Shown here one piece after another: positions 37,349 to 46,828 of a stretch of DNA of 64,000 nucleotides. Source of the stretch: Gammaproteobacteria bacterium (lineage in GTDB: Bacteria > Pseudomonadota > Gammaproteobacteria > JADZEE01); contig CBDDBH010000026.1 in the NCBI GenBank assembly GCA_965225625.1, positions 3,561 to 67,560 on the forward strand. The letters are read 5' to 3'. The translations under genes and the position numbers were made by a program. Within the stretch, counting starts at the first letter, position 1; every line of letters starts with the position of its first letter. The notes beneath the pieces were generated by a model. It saw only the letters and a list, made by a program, of their open reading frames with translations. It was not told where the DNA came from and ran no database searches.

Positions 37349-38827
37349 TTAAGCTCGCAATAACCGCCGTGATTCCACCACAACTTCATTGTCATCATCG
37401 CTCGCGCCATTCAACCACATCGCGGAAACCGCCAACAAGCGCGAACGCCAACGCGGCGACACCCAGCCGCTTTGTTCGAGCATCGCTTCGGTAAACTTGT
37501 AATCATGCACCCCGGCGGTCTTGTAGACGGTGTAATGGCGCGCGGCCGTCTGTACAAGCATTGGGTCTCCACCTCGCTGCAAGTAACCCAGGATCCGACG
37601 CACGGCCGCAAGCCGGTCCGCTTTGAGATCCGCAAAGATTGCCTCGACTGCAGTGTCTCCCATGCCACCTTGCAACTCCGCTTCAAATGTAGCGATGCGC
37701 AAGTCGCGTGATGAACCGCGTTCGATGAGTCGTCGAAACGAGACCAGTAGGGCGGCTGCCTGGAGTATCAACAAGACACGCGTTTGCCGATCGCGTGACG
37801 CGCGGAACCCGTAATGTAATGCGTTTGTCATGGTATTGGCGTGCAGCGCCAGGATCCCTGGTCGACGCAACATCAGCTCAGCCGCCATCAGCGCCAACGC
37901 ATCCCAAACTGTTTGAACATTCGCGCCGTCCTGCAAATGTTTTAACACTAGACGTGCCGCTTCCACGTCGCCGGCAGTACGCAATACGTCCAGCAGTTCA
38001 TGCGTCGCAGACTTCACGGCCAGTCCCGTTCGCAACTCGCCCGAGTCGCTGCTAGCAACCAATTCGCGGTTCGCCCGCCAGGCCCTGTCCGCGGCCAAGT
38101 CATTCTTGTTTGGCGCCGGATCCCCTTCGTGGTTTTGCAATGCGTAAGACAATGATCGGATCACCGGCAAACGGCAATCCGATGCCAACACACCAAGAAC
38201 GCGATGACAGTTTTGTACAAAGACCGCCTTGTGACCGATATCGCGGAAATCACGTGCGCCGTAACGGAAATACAACTCAAACAGCCGTTGAGGATCCGTG
38301 CTCGCGGCGAGCAATGTGGTTGCAACGTCCGCCCGTTCGGGGTCCCAGGTTTCAAACGCGTCCAGCAGCTCTTTTTCTGCGCGCACCTCATTCCAGGCGG
38401 GCAAGGTCGGCGCCACCGGCTGCGACCAGTCTCCCGCGCGCACGTCCGTTGCCTGCGCGCGTTTGAAGCTGTCGACCGACCACATTAAGGGCAGCCAGTA
38501 GTCACGAGCTGGTCCGCGCAATGCGGCGGCATAAACTGATTGCATAACCAACACGGCGTGAAATTGGAAACCAACGGATGGATAAGGTTTTATCTCGCGC
38601 ACGCCCGCCAACGACACTGCCCCAAGCAGTTCATGCAAGGTCAAACCCGTGCGTATGTGGCGCGCAACCATCTCTAGCACCTGGTCGCGCGGCGTATCGG
38701 TGATACGTTGAGCAAGCGCGCCGATTGATCCCTGAATCGGCCGCCCGCCTACAGAACGTGAGCTCACCAGCATAAAGCTCAACGCAGCCGCGGTGCTGAC
38801 CTCGAGAAATTGGCGGCGACGCATCAT
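37349..38827 (-). CDS. Tat-exported hypothetical alpha-helical protein
   Basis: MMRRRQFL twin-arginine leader; 492 aa; ATGA overlap with fieF. Confidence 0.75.
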   Translation of the reverse strand: MMRRRQFLEVSTAAALSFMLVSSRSVGGRPIQGSIGALAQRITDTPRDQVLEMVARHIRTGLTLHELLGAVSLAGVREIKPYPSVGFQFHAVLVMQSVYAAALRGPARDYWLPLMWSVDSFKRAQATDVRAGDWSQPVAPTLPAWNEVRAEKELLDAFETWDPERADVATTLLAASTDPQRLFELYFRYGARDFRDIGHKAVFVQNCHRVLGVLASDCRLPVIRSLSYALQNHEGDPAPNKNDLAADRAWRANRELVASSDSGELRTGLAVKSATHELLDVLRTAGDVEAARLVLKHLQDGANVQTVWDALALMAAELMLRRPGILALHANTMTNALHYGFRASRDRQTRVLLILQAAALLVSFRRLIERGSSRDLRIATFEAELQGGMGDTAVEAIFADLKADRLAAVRRILGYLQRGGDPMLVQTAARHYTVYKTAGVHDYKFTEAMLEQSGWVSPRWRSRLLAVSAMWLNGASDDDNEVVVESRRLLRA

Positions 38828-39726
38828 TGGTCGGCCCGATCGTCACCAGGATCCTGGTGAATGATAATTTCCGCGTCCGGGAATTCGGCTAGTAATTTCG
38901 TGTTTACCGCCTCGCCGATCGCGTGCGCGCGCGCCAGCGATAAATGCCCATCCAGCTCCAGATGAAGTTGGATGAATGCGGTCTTGCCTGATTGGCGGGT
39001 TCGCAGATCGTGCAGCGCGCGAACTTCCGGGTGGGCAACACAAATCGATTTAATAAGGGTACGCTGCGCGTCGTCGAGTTCCCTGTCCATCAATTGCCCG
39101 AGCGACGGTGTAATGATGCTCCACGCACTGTGGAGCATCCACGCTGCGACCATCAATGCGATCAGCGGATCCGCGAATGCCCAGCCGGCCGTTGTGGTGA
39201 GAACTAAGCCGACAATGATGCCGAGATTGACGACGACATCGCTCAGATAATGCAGCCGATCCGCACTGATAGCGGTAGACCCGGTGTGCTGGACGACGTA
39301 GCGTTGAAAGGTGATGAGTGTAAGCGTGATCGCAACAGACAGTGCCATCACTCCTATCCCCAACATTGCATGTGCAACGGGCATGGGGTTAAGCAATCGA
39401 TTGATACCTTCAATTGCGAGAAACAACGCCGAGCCGGCAACAAAAGCTGCGAGCGCAAGTGCTGCCAGCGGCTCCGCCTTGCCGTGGCCGAAGCGGTGTT
39501 CGCGATCCGGCGGCGTCAGCGCGTGACGAACGGCGAAGAACAACACCATAGAGGACGCGGCATCCGCACATGAATCGATCAAACTCGACAGGATGGCCAC
39601 GGAGTTGGTGTTGAGGAAGGCGGCAAACTTGAGGACAATCAGCAACAACGCGACCGCCACCGACGCGTTCGTCGCGTTTTTGACCAGCTGCTCGTAACTG
39701 CTCAAGCTAGCCGGCCCGCGATCCAA
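38824..39726 (-). CDS. fieF: Cation diffusion facilitator FieF/YiiP
   Basis: SSLIDSCAD, DREHRFGHGKAE, ADRLHYLSD, HDLRTRQSG, IIIHQDP. Confidence 0.93.
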   Translation of the reverse strand: MDRGPASLSSYEQLVKNATNASVAVALLLIVLKFAAFLNTNSVAILSSLIDSCADAASSMVLFFAVRHALTPPDREHRFGHGKAEPLAALALAAFVAGSALFLAIEGINRLLNPMPVAHAMLGIGVMALSVAITLTLITFQRYVVQHTGSTAISADRLHYLSDVVVNLGIIVGLVLTTTAGWAFADPLIALMVAAWMLHSAWSIITPSLGQLMDRELDDAQRTLIKSICVAHPEVRALHDLRTRQSGKTAFIQLHLELDGHLSLARAHAIGEAVNTKLLAEFPDAEIIIHQDPGDDRADQ

Positions 39727-40376
39727 TTGGCTGCAAAGCGCGCGATGCGCATGAGTACCTCTGTGTTACTTATGCCGCTGCGCTTCAGCATCTCAAACGA
39801 GTGATCGCCACCTTCTATCTGCTCCAAAGTCGCCCGAGCGCCTAGTGATTTACAGATCGGCTCCAGCAAAGTCAGATCCGCAAGTTTGTCGCGGGTACCC
39901 TGCAAGAACAGCATGGGTAGCTGAACATCGCTGAGATGCGCACCGCGCTCGCTCGCTGCTTTCCCGGCCTGGTGCAGCGGAAACCCGAAAAACACGAGTC
40001 CCCGCGCTAACGGCAACAAGCCTTGCGCCGCGGCGAGCGACGCCATTCGTCCCCCCATGGATTTGCCGCCCACGAACATCGGTAAATCCGGGAGCTGCGC
40101 TCCAGCATGATGCGCAGCTGCTGCAACGGTCGGGAGCAGTATCTTTGGGCGATCGGGGGCGCGGCGCGCTCGCTCCATATACGGGAATTGATATCGAAAA
40201 CAGGCGACATTGTGAGAATTCAACTCAAGCGTTAATGCCTGCATGAATCGATGACGCATACCTGCGCCAGCGCCATGGCCCAGTACCAACAGGGATCGGG
40301 CTTGCGGCGGACAGTCGATTAGCGCGGATACCTCTATGCCGGCAACATCCACGCCAAATGTGGTTTCGATCATCAC
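39702..40376 (-). CDS. Alpha/beta hydrolase
   Basis: HGAGAGM, nucleophile GGKSMGGR, QGTRD, GGDHSF. Confidence 0.9.
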   Translation of the reverse strand: MMIETTFGVDVAGIEVSALIDCPPQARSLLVLGHGAGAGMRHRFMQALTLELNSHNVACFRYQFPYMERARRAPDRPKILLPTVAAAAHHAGAQLPDLPMFVGGKSMGGRMASLAAAQGLLPLARGLVFFGFPLHQAGKAASERGAHLSDVQLPMLFLQGTRDKLADLTLLEPICKSLGARATLEQIEGGDHSFEMLKRSGISNTEVLMRIARFAANWIAGRLA

Positions 40377-40403
40377 CAGTGACTACATTGTGGCTATGTT
40401 AAG

Positions 40404-42362
40404 GTGAAAAGCATGAAGCTGGATGACCCAGTAATCAACCGCTCAGACGCAACCCCGATAGGCGAGATCATCAACCAGCGCTGGTCTCGACGTAGCGTGC
40501 TGCGCGGCGCCTTGAGCAGTGCCGCATTAAGCATAACCGGTTGTACCTTACCGCGTGCGATGAGCCAGACGCACCAACGCGAACCCGCGCCGGAACCTGG
40601 TTTCCTCGCGCTGTCTCACGGCGTTGATGCGACCCACCATGTACCCGCTGGCTACACCGCCGATGTGTTGATCCGTTGGGGCGATGCTGTGCTGAAAGAC
40701 GCACCACCGTTCGCTCCGCAACGCCACACGGCGGCCGCGCAAGCCCGCCAGTTTGGGTACAACAATGATTACCTCGGCTATCTGCCTTTGTCCTCGGGCA
40801 CCACAATGTCTGGCCACGGTCTGCTGTTCGTGAACCACGAGTTCACCTTTGGCCCGCTGATGTTCCCGGATATGAAGCAGGACAAAACGTCGCCGTTGCT
40901 CGGCGCATCCGCGCCGGAACATGTTGATATAGAGATGACTGCGCACGGTTGTTCCGTCATCGAAGTACGACAAAACGCCGACCGATGGAAGGTGGTACAG
41001 GGTAGCCGTTGGGCTCGGCGCATTAGCGCAAGCGAAACAGCAATGCGGTTATCGGGACCCGCAGCCGGACACCCGCGTCTGCGTACGAATTCCGATCCGC
41101 ATGGAACTCGGGTAATCGGCACAGTAAACAATTGTGCCGGCGGCAAGACGCCGTGGGGTACGTTCCTCAGCGCCGAGGAAAACTTTCACGGCTATTTCTG
41201 GGGTCGCCTGAACGCCGATCATCCGGAACAGCAGAACTACGCGCGCTACGGCATCCCAGCGCACTGGTTCGCCTGGGGCCGATATCACGATCGTTGGCAT
41301 ATCAACAAGGAACCCCGGGAAGCCAACCGGTTTGGCTGGGTTGTGGAAGTCGACCCACTGGATCCTGAATCAACCCCGATCAAGCGCACCGCTCTTGGCC
41401 GCTTCAAACACGAAGGCGCCGAATCTATCGTCAATCGGGACGGTCGACTGGTGATTTACATGGGCGACGACGAAGTATTCGAATATCTCTACCGGTTCGT
41501 ATCGCGCGACGTTGTCGATGCAGACGACCGAGCTGCCAATGCCGCGCTTCTGGACCATGGAACCCTGTCGGTTGCCAGGTTCCATCCCGACGGCAGTCTC
41601 GAATGGCTACCGCTGGTATTCGGGCAGGGTGGCTTAACGTCCGCCAATGGGTTCGCCAGTCAGGCCGACGTGCTCATCGAAGCTCGGCGTGCCGCCGACC
41701 TGCTTGGTGCAACGCCTCTGGACCGGCCCGAGGACGTAGAACCGAACCCATTGACCGGTCGCGTCTACGTCTTGCTGACGAACAATTCCAAGCGCAGGGA
41801 CACTGATACAGCAAACCAAAGGGGACCCAATTTATGGGGACAGATCCTTGAGCTGAACGCGCCTGAAGGCGACCATGCGGCTAGAAACTTCCAGTGGGAA
41901 GTCCTGGTTCAATGCGGTGATCCAAATGAGCAAGCGGTTGCGGCGCGCTGGAATCCAGCGATCACGGACAGCGGTTGGTTCGCTATGCCTGACAACTGCG
42001 CCGTGGACCCCAGCGGCCGGCTCTGGGTATCAACGGATCAAGGACCTTTCTGGGCCGATCTGACCGGCTCCGCCGATGGCTTGTGGTTGCTTCACACCGC
42101 CGGCGCCGAGCGCGGCGCCGGACATATGTTTTTTCGTGGACCAGTGGGCTGCGAGATATGCGGACCTGTTTTTACACCGGACTGCCGGACGTTGTTTTTA
42201 TCCGTGCAACATCCAGGCTCCGACGGTACTCGCAGCTACCCAGGTTTCGAACGCGAGTCGACTTTCAAGGATCCAGCCACACGTTGGCCGGACTTCGACC
42301 CGGCGACACCACCGCGCCCCGCGGTGGTCGCCATTACCAAGGCGGATGGCGGCATAATTTAA
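40404..42362 (+). CDS. phoX: PhoX family alkaline phosphatase (Tat-exported, probable lipoprotein)
   Basis: SRRSVL Tat motif then ITGC; GYNND, VNHE, NCAGGKTPWGT, EEN, GRFKHE, DRPED, PDN, VQHPG. Confidence 0.95.
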   Translation: MKSMKLDDPVINRSDATPIGEIINQRWSRRSVLRGALSSAALSITGCTLPRAMSQTHQREPAPEPGFLALSHGVDATHHVPAGYTADVLIRWGDAVLKDAPPFAPQRHTAAAQARQFGYNNDYLGYLPLSSGTTMSGHGLLFVNHEFTFGPLMFPDMKQDKTSPLLGASAPEHVDIEMTAHGCSVIEVRQNADRWKVVQGSRWARRISASETAMRLSGPAAGHPRLRTNSDPHGTRVIGTVNNCAGGKTPWGTFLSAEENFHGYFWGRLNADHPEQQNYARYGIPAHWFAWGRYHDRWHINKEPREANRFGWVVEVDPLDPESTPIKRTALGRFKHEGAESIVNRDGRLVIYMGDDEVFEYLYRFVSRDVVDADDRAANAALLDHGTLSVARFHPDGSLEWLPLVFGQGGLTSANGFASQADVLIEARRAADLLGATPLDRPEDVEPNPLTGRVYVLLTNNSKRRDTDTANQRGPNLWGQILELNAPEGDHAARNFQWEVLVQCGDPNEQAVAARWNPAITDSGWFAMPDNCAVDPSGRLWVSTDQGPFWADLTGSADGLWLLHTAGAERGAGHMFFRGPVGCEICGPVFTPDCRTLFLSVQHPGSDGTRSYPGFERESTFKDPATRWPDFDPATPPRPAVVAITKADGGII

Positions 42363-42433
42363 GCGGGCCTAACCCGCGTGTTAAGCGGCCCCGTTGCTCG
42401 GCAACCCAAACAAATTCCGCAAATTCCTGCACC

Positions 42434-43783
42434 TCAATTACCCAGCCGCAGCGTCACCTTCAGTCCCGGATGGTTATCACCAAGTTCCAGCTCGGTATCG
42501 TGTAGCCGCGCCACAGCCGCGACCAGGCTCAACCCCAGACCACTACCGGGTGAGTTGCGGCTGGACTCGAGCCGGTAAAAGCGCTCCAGAACCTTCGTCC
42601 GCTCTGCCTGCGGTATGCCAGGCCCATCATCGGCAACGCTCAGCACCACCCCCGCGCTGTTCGGGGTCAAACGCACATCGACTTTGCTGCGTGCGTACTT
42701 GATGGCGTTATCCAACAAATTACTGACTGCTTGGAAAATGAGATCGCGATCACCTGTCACGCGCAGCTGCGGTTCGATCCACGGCCGCAAGCGACATTGC
42801 TGTTGTTCGGCGACTGCTTCGTAAAGATCACTGGCATCCTCAACGACCTTACTGATATCAACATCGATCTTAGGGCGTTGTAGTGCGCCGGACTCAATGC
42901 GTGAAATACGTAATAAGGCGTTGAAGGTCGCCAATAGATGGTCGGCCTCCTCGGTACACGCTGAGAGTTCCTGCGCCAACTCGTCGTCGCCTGCCGCCGA
43001 AGTGTGCAGCGTCTCAAGGCGGTTTCTCAATCGCGCCAGCGGGGTACGCAGATCATGCGCGATGTTGTCGGAGACATGCTGAACGCCGGTCATGAGCTGT
43101 TCGATTTGATTGAGCATCAGATTTAGATTCTCGGCGAGCTGATCAAAATCATCGCCACTGCCGCGCGTGGGGATCCGTTGCGACAGATCACCCCCCATGA
43201 TTTCCCGACTTGTCTGGTTGATCGCCTCGATGCGTCGCAGCGTACTGCCGGTCAGCATCAAACCACCGGCTATGCCCAGCGCCAGTGTGATCGCCAGACC
43301 CCAGATCAGCGAACGGCGGATCATCGATTGGATCTCGATGAGATCCTGAACATCACGGCCCACCAACAGGGCAAGATTGCCGCGCAGCCGAAATGGCCTG
43401 GCGCGCGCCGCATGCGCCTGTTCACCCGCGTCGCCCTCTAACTGAAAATCCATCCAGCCATCAGCAGACACCGGGACGTCGGGCCAGCCGTTGAGATTTC
43501 CGACGATGGGTTTGTAGCTGGGTGAAGTCAGCAGATAAATAGACGATCGATTCGGGTCCCGAGCGACCCGGTCACGAATCACAGTGACCAGCGCGTCCAA
43601 TCCCTGTCGCCGATACTGTTCGGCGAGACCCTCGATCTCGGCCTGCACAGTCTCATCGCTCTGCCGAGCCATATAGCCGGCCGTGGTCCAATAGATAAAC
43701 CCGACCAGAACCAGCACCGATCCGCTGAACACTGCCAGATAGAGCAAAGCAAGCTGGAAGCCCGACGAACGCAGCAGATTCAA
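42434..43783 (-). CDS. HAMP-containing sensor histidine kinase
   Basis: Two TMs; AHDLRTPL H-box, NLLDNAIKY, DDGPG, GSGLGL. Confidence 0.95.
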   Translation of the reverse strand: MNLLRSSGFQLALLYLAVFSGSVLVLVGFIYWTTAGYMARQSDETVQAEIEGLAEQYRRQGLDALVTVIRDRVARDPNRSSIYLLTSPSYKPIVGNLNGWPDVPVSADGWMDFQLEGDAGEQAHAARARPFRLRGNLALLVGRDVQDLIEIQSMIRRSLIWGLAITLALGIAGGLMLTGSTLRRIEAINQTSREIMGGDLSQRIPTRGSGDDFDQLAENLNLMLNQIEQLMTGVQHVSDNIAHDLRTPLARLRNRLETLHTSAAGDDELAQELSACTEEADHLLATFNALLRISRIESGALQRPKIDVDISKVVEDASDLYEAVAEQQQCRLRPWIEPQLRVTGDRDLIFQAVSNLLDNAIKYARSKVDVRLTPNSAGVVLSVADDGPGIPQAERTKVLERFYRLESSRNSPGSGLGLSLVAAVARLHDTELELGDNHPGLKVTLRLGN

Positions 43784-44463
43784 TCGGGCTCGCGTAGCAT
43801 GTAACCGGCGCCTCGCACTGTGTGTAACAGAGGCGGCGTGAAGTCTTTGTCGATTTTCCCCCGCAGCCGGCTGATATGAACGTCAATGACATTGGTTTGC
43901 GGGTCAAAGTGATAGTCCCAGACGCTTTCGAGCAGCATGGTCCTTGTCACCACATGCCCGGCATTACGCATCAAATATTCGAGCAGCCGAAATTCCCGAG
44001 GTTGCAGGGTGATTGCTTGACTGGATCGGCGAACCTCGCGTGCAAGCAAATCCATTTCGAGATCAGCTACGCAAAGGCTGGTTTGAGTTTCGCTAGCGAC
44101 AGCAGTGCGCCGGTGCAATGCCTCGATGCGCGCGAGCAATTCGCTGAAGGCAAACGGCTTGGTTAAATAATCATCGCCGCCAGCGTTGAGACCGTGCACC
44201 CGGTCACTGACGTCGCCAAGGGCGCTGAGCACGAGTGCAGGTGTGGTATTGCCAGCCGCACGCACGGTTTGGATGATCGACAGGCCATCGAGTTCGGGCA
44301 GCATGCGGTCAACGACCATTACGTCGTAAGTTTCGGTCGTGGCCAGAAGCAGGCCCTGTTTGCCCGCGTAAGCGTTATCAACCGTGTGCCCGGCTTCGTT
44401 CAGTCCCTTGACAACGAATGCGCTGACTTGCGGGTCGTCTTCTATCAACAGTATGCGCATCAT
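43780..44463 (-). CDS. OmpR-family response regulator
   Basis: LIEDD, VDRMLP, DDYLTKPF, wHTH NVIDVHISRLR...TVRGAGY. Confidence 0.96.
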   Translation of the reverse strand: MMRILLIEDDPQVSAFVVKGLNEAGHTVDNAYAGKQGLLLATTETYDVMVVDRMLPELDGLSIIQTVRAAGNTTPALVLSALGDVSDRVHGLNAGGDDYLTKPFAFSELLARIEALHRRTAVASETQTSLCVADLEMDLLAREVRRSSQAITLQPREFRLLEYLMRNAGHVVTRTMLLESVWDYHFDPQTNVIDVHISRLRGKIDKDFTPPLLHTVRGAGYMLREPD

Positions 44464-44543
44464 TGCCTGAATCGGATTGTGCTGGTTAGCTTCGGAACAT
44501 AGTCACCCATCTGCAAGAACTTGGCCACCAGCAGACATGAACA

Positions 44544-44573
44544 TTTGGTAATGATCCCGTCATCTTTTGGTAA
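44544..44573. promoter_or_regulatory. Tandem direct repeats, putative site for the adjacent response regulator
   Basis: TTTGGTAA at 44544-44551 and 44566-44573 (22-bp period) in the divergent RR/HtrA intergenic region. Confidence 0.55.
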
Positions 44574-44625
44574 CCGGAGGGAGTGGATAATTACCCGAAG
44601 TTCAATGCTTACGGAGGCAGTACAA

Positions 44626-46011
44626 ATGCAAACCCGAACCTGCATGTTTCTCGTTGCGAGCTTTGCCTTGTTGTCATTCGCCAACGCCGGCCCGGCGGCG
44701 GCCTTGCCGGATTTCGAGCATTTAATTGAGCAGCAAGCCAACGCAGTGGTCAGTATTCGCACCACACACCGCGGCGCTGCGCGAACCATGGGGCGAGGCG
44801 TCCCGCGCGAAGACATGCCGGAATTTTTCCGTCGCTTCTTCGAACAAATGCCACAACAACGCCGGCCACAACCGCAGGCTCACGGGCTTGGTTCAGGCTT
44901 TGTAGTGTCTGCCGACGGTTATATAGTCACCAATGCGCGCGTTGTGCAGGACGCCGCTGAAATAAAGGTGGGTTTACACGATCAGCGTGAACTCACGGCC
45001 GAACTCGTCGGCACCGATCCTCGCACGGACATCGCGCTGCTCAAGGTCGATGCGAAAGGATTGCCGTCTGTCGTTCTAGGCGATTCCGATGCAGTTAAAG
45101 TCGGTCAATGGGTGCTCGCAATCGGTGCACCGTTTGGTTTCGAACATACTGCCACCCAAGGTATTGTCAGTGCCGTATCGCGCAGCCTGCCCAGCGACTC
45201 TTATGTTCCGTTTATCCAAACCGATGTTGCTGTAAATCCCGGTAATTCCGGCGGTCCGTTATTTGCGCTTGATGGTCGCGTCATTGGCATAAACTCGCAG
45301 ATCTACAGTCGCACCGGCGGTTACATGGGTGTGTCTTTCGCCATTCCGGTCAATCTGGCCATGGACGTCATTGAGCAACTGAAAACCAATGGGCATGTCA
45401 GCCGCGGCTGGTTGGGTGTCAGCATTCAGCGCCTCAACCAGGAGCTTGCCGACGGTTTCAAACTGCAACGTCCACACGGCGCATTGGTTGCCGGCGTTGC
45501 TCCTGACAGTCCGGCGGAGGCCGCGGGTTTACGCGCCGGCGATGTCATCTTGCGCTATGACGACAAGGCGTTAGACGATTCTAACGAGTTACCGCCGCTG
45601 GTTGCTGCAACCCCTATAGGCGACAAAATCCAGTTAGAAATTCTGCGCAACGGGAAAAAACGTCGGCTGGATGTGACGATTGCCAAGTTGGACGAGCCCG
45701 ACCAACCACAACAACTCGCCGCAGCACCAAGCACGCGCCTGGGCGTTGCCGTGAGTGCGCTAGATAAAGAGCAGCGCGCGACCTTGGGGCTAGTCGGTGC
45801 CGGTGTGGTGGTTACGCAGGTCGAGCAAGATAGTCCCGCCGCCCGCGCCGGGATCCGCCAAGGAGACATCATCGTATCGTTAGCCCACGAGCAAGTGGCT
45901 GATCCAGTGCAGTTAACAGCGATCGTGCGGCGTCTGCCCGCCGGCAAGTCGGTGCCTGTGCTGCTGGTTCGCGGTGACACTCAATTGTTCATTGCGATAA
46001 AGCTGGTGTAA
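44626..46011 (+). CDS. HtrA/DegP-DegQ family protease with two PDZ domains; catalytic His replaced by Arg
   Basis: ATG 44626 after GGAGG; GSGFVV, TNARVV, TDIALLK, GNSGGPL, RGWLGV. Confidence 0.93.
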   Translation: MQTRTCMFLVASFALLSFANAGPAAALPDFEHLIEQQANAVVSIRTTHRGAARTMGRGVPREDMPEFFRRFFEQMPQQRRPQPQAHGLGSGFVVSADGYIVTNARVVQDAAEIKVGLHDQRELTAELVGTDPRTDIALLKVDAKGLPSVVLGDSDAVKVGQWVLAIGAPFGFEHTATQGIVSAVSRSLPSDSYVPFIQTDVAVNPGNSGGPLFALDGRVIGINSQIYSRTGGYMGVSFAIPVNLAMDVIEQLKTNGHVSRGWLGVSIQRLNQELADGFKLQRPHGALVAGVAPDSPAEAAGLRAGDVILRYDDKALDDSNELPPLVAATPIGDKIQLEILRNGKKRRLDVTIAKLDEPDQPQQLAAAPSTRLGVAVSALDKEQRATLGLVGAGVVVTQVEQDSPAARAGIRQGDIIVSLAHEQVADPVQLTAIVRRLPAGKSVPVLLVRGDTQLFIAIKLV

Positions 46012-46114
46012 GCGGTGCTCCTACACGCCGCCGCCTTGCGCGGGTCCGCTTTGCGCCCTAAAGTCCCAGCGTAGACATGACGTTAGATGTCAATCAGGCG
46101 CAGAGGGCACTCGC

Positions 46115-46468
46115 ATGGCACTGGACAGCTTTCAGGAAACTACGAGCCGCTCATGGTTCGCACGTATCAGCGATTCCATTAAGGGGATCTTATTTGGTCT
46201 GATCCTGTTCGTCGCTGCCTTTCCCCTTCTGTTCTGGAACGAGGGGCGTGCCGTCAAGACCTACAAGACGCTCAAAGAGGGAAGTGGCACGGTCATGTCG
46301 GTCGGCACCGACCGGATCGATGCCGCCAACGCTGGGATGCTGGTGCATGTGACCGCTAAGGCCGTCACCGACGATGAACTCGTCGATCCCGAGTTTGGCA
46401 TGGCGGTAACAGCGATCATCGGCATCAAGCGCGTCAAAGGCGTGCGCTCTGCGAGCGCCGCCGCTTAG
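46115..46468 (+). pseudogene. Shortened TMEM43/DUF1625-family protein (probable internal deletion)
   Basis: SWFARISDSIKGILFG...LLFWNEGRAV...DPEFG is the family N-terminus; ORF ends after 117 aa versus roughly 400 aa usual for the family. Confidence 0.7.
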
Positions 46469-46522
46469 GTATTTTTGAATGACCTTGCAAACTGTCCCTT
46501 CAATTTAAGCGGAGCCCATCAG

Positions 46523-46777
46523 ATGAGTCGCGATGAACTGCATGCGCAGCTTCAGCAACTGAGGCAGGAAGTCGACAAGCTCGCAAAAGATGACAACACC
46601 ACACGCGCACGTCTGGATACGCTCATCAATGAGATTGAAGCCGACATCGATACCACTGAGCAAGACCGGCTCGGCGCCAAGATCCAGCAGGCGATAGAGC
46701 AATTCGAGGTGGAACACCCCCGTGCAACAGCGATCCTCAACGATGTGATGGTGACCTTGAGTAATATGGGTATCTGA
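46523..46777 (+). CDS. DUF4404 family small helical protein
   Basis: ATG 46523 after GGAG; FEVEHP...LSNMGI C-terminus. Confidence 0.85.
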   Translation: MSRDELHAQLQQLRQEVDKLAKDDNTTRARLDTLINEIEADIDTTEQDRLGAKIQQAIEQFEVEHPRATAILNDVMVTLSNMGI

Positions 46778-46828
46778 CCCAGATTTCGAGCAGGTATATA
46801 CTGCCGTTACCAATTGAGAGGATGTCCC

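Noticed and set aside
40377-40403. Pho box upstream of phoX
   Set aside because: The intergenic gap is only 27 bp and has no recognisable CTGTCAT-type 11-bp tandem repeat.
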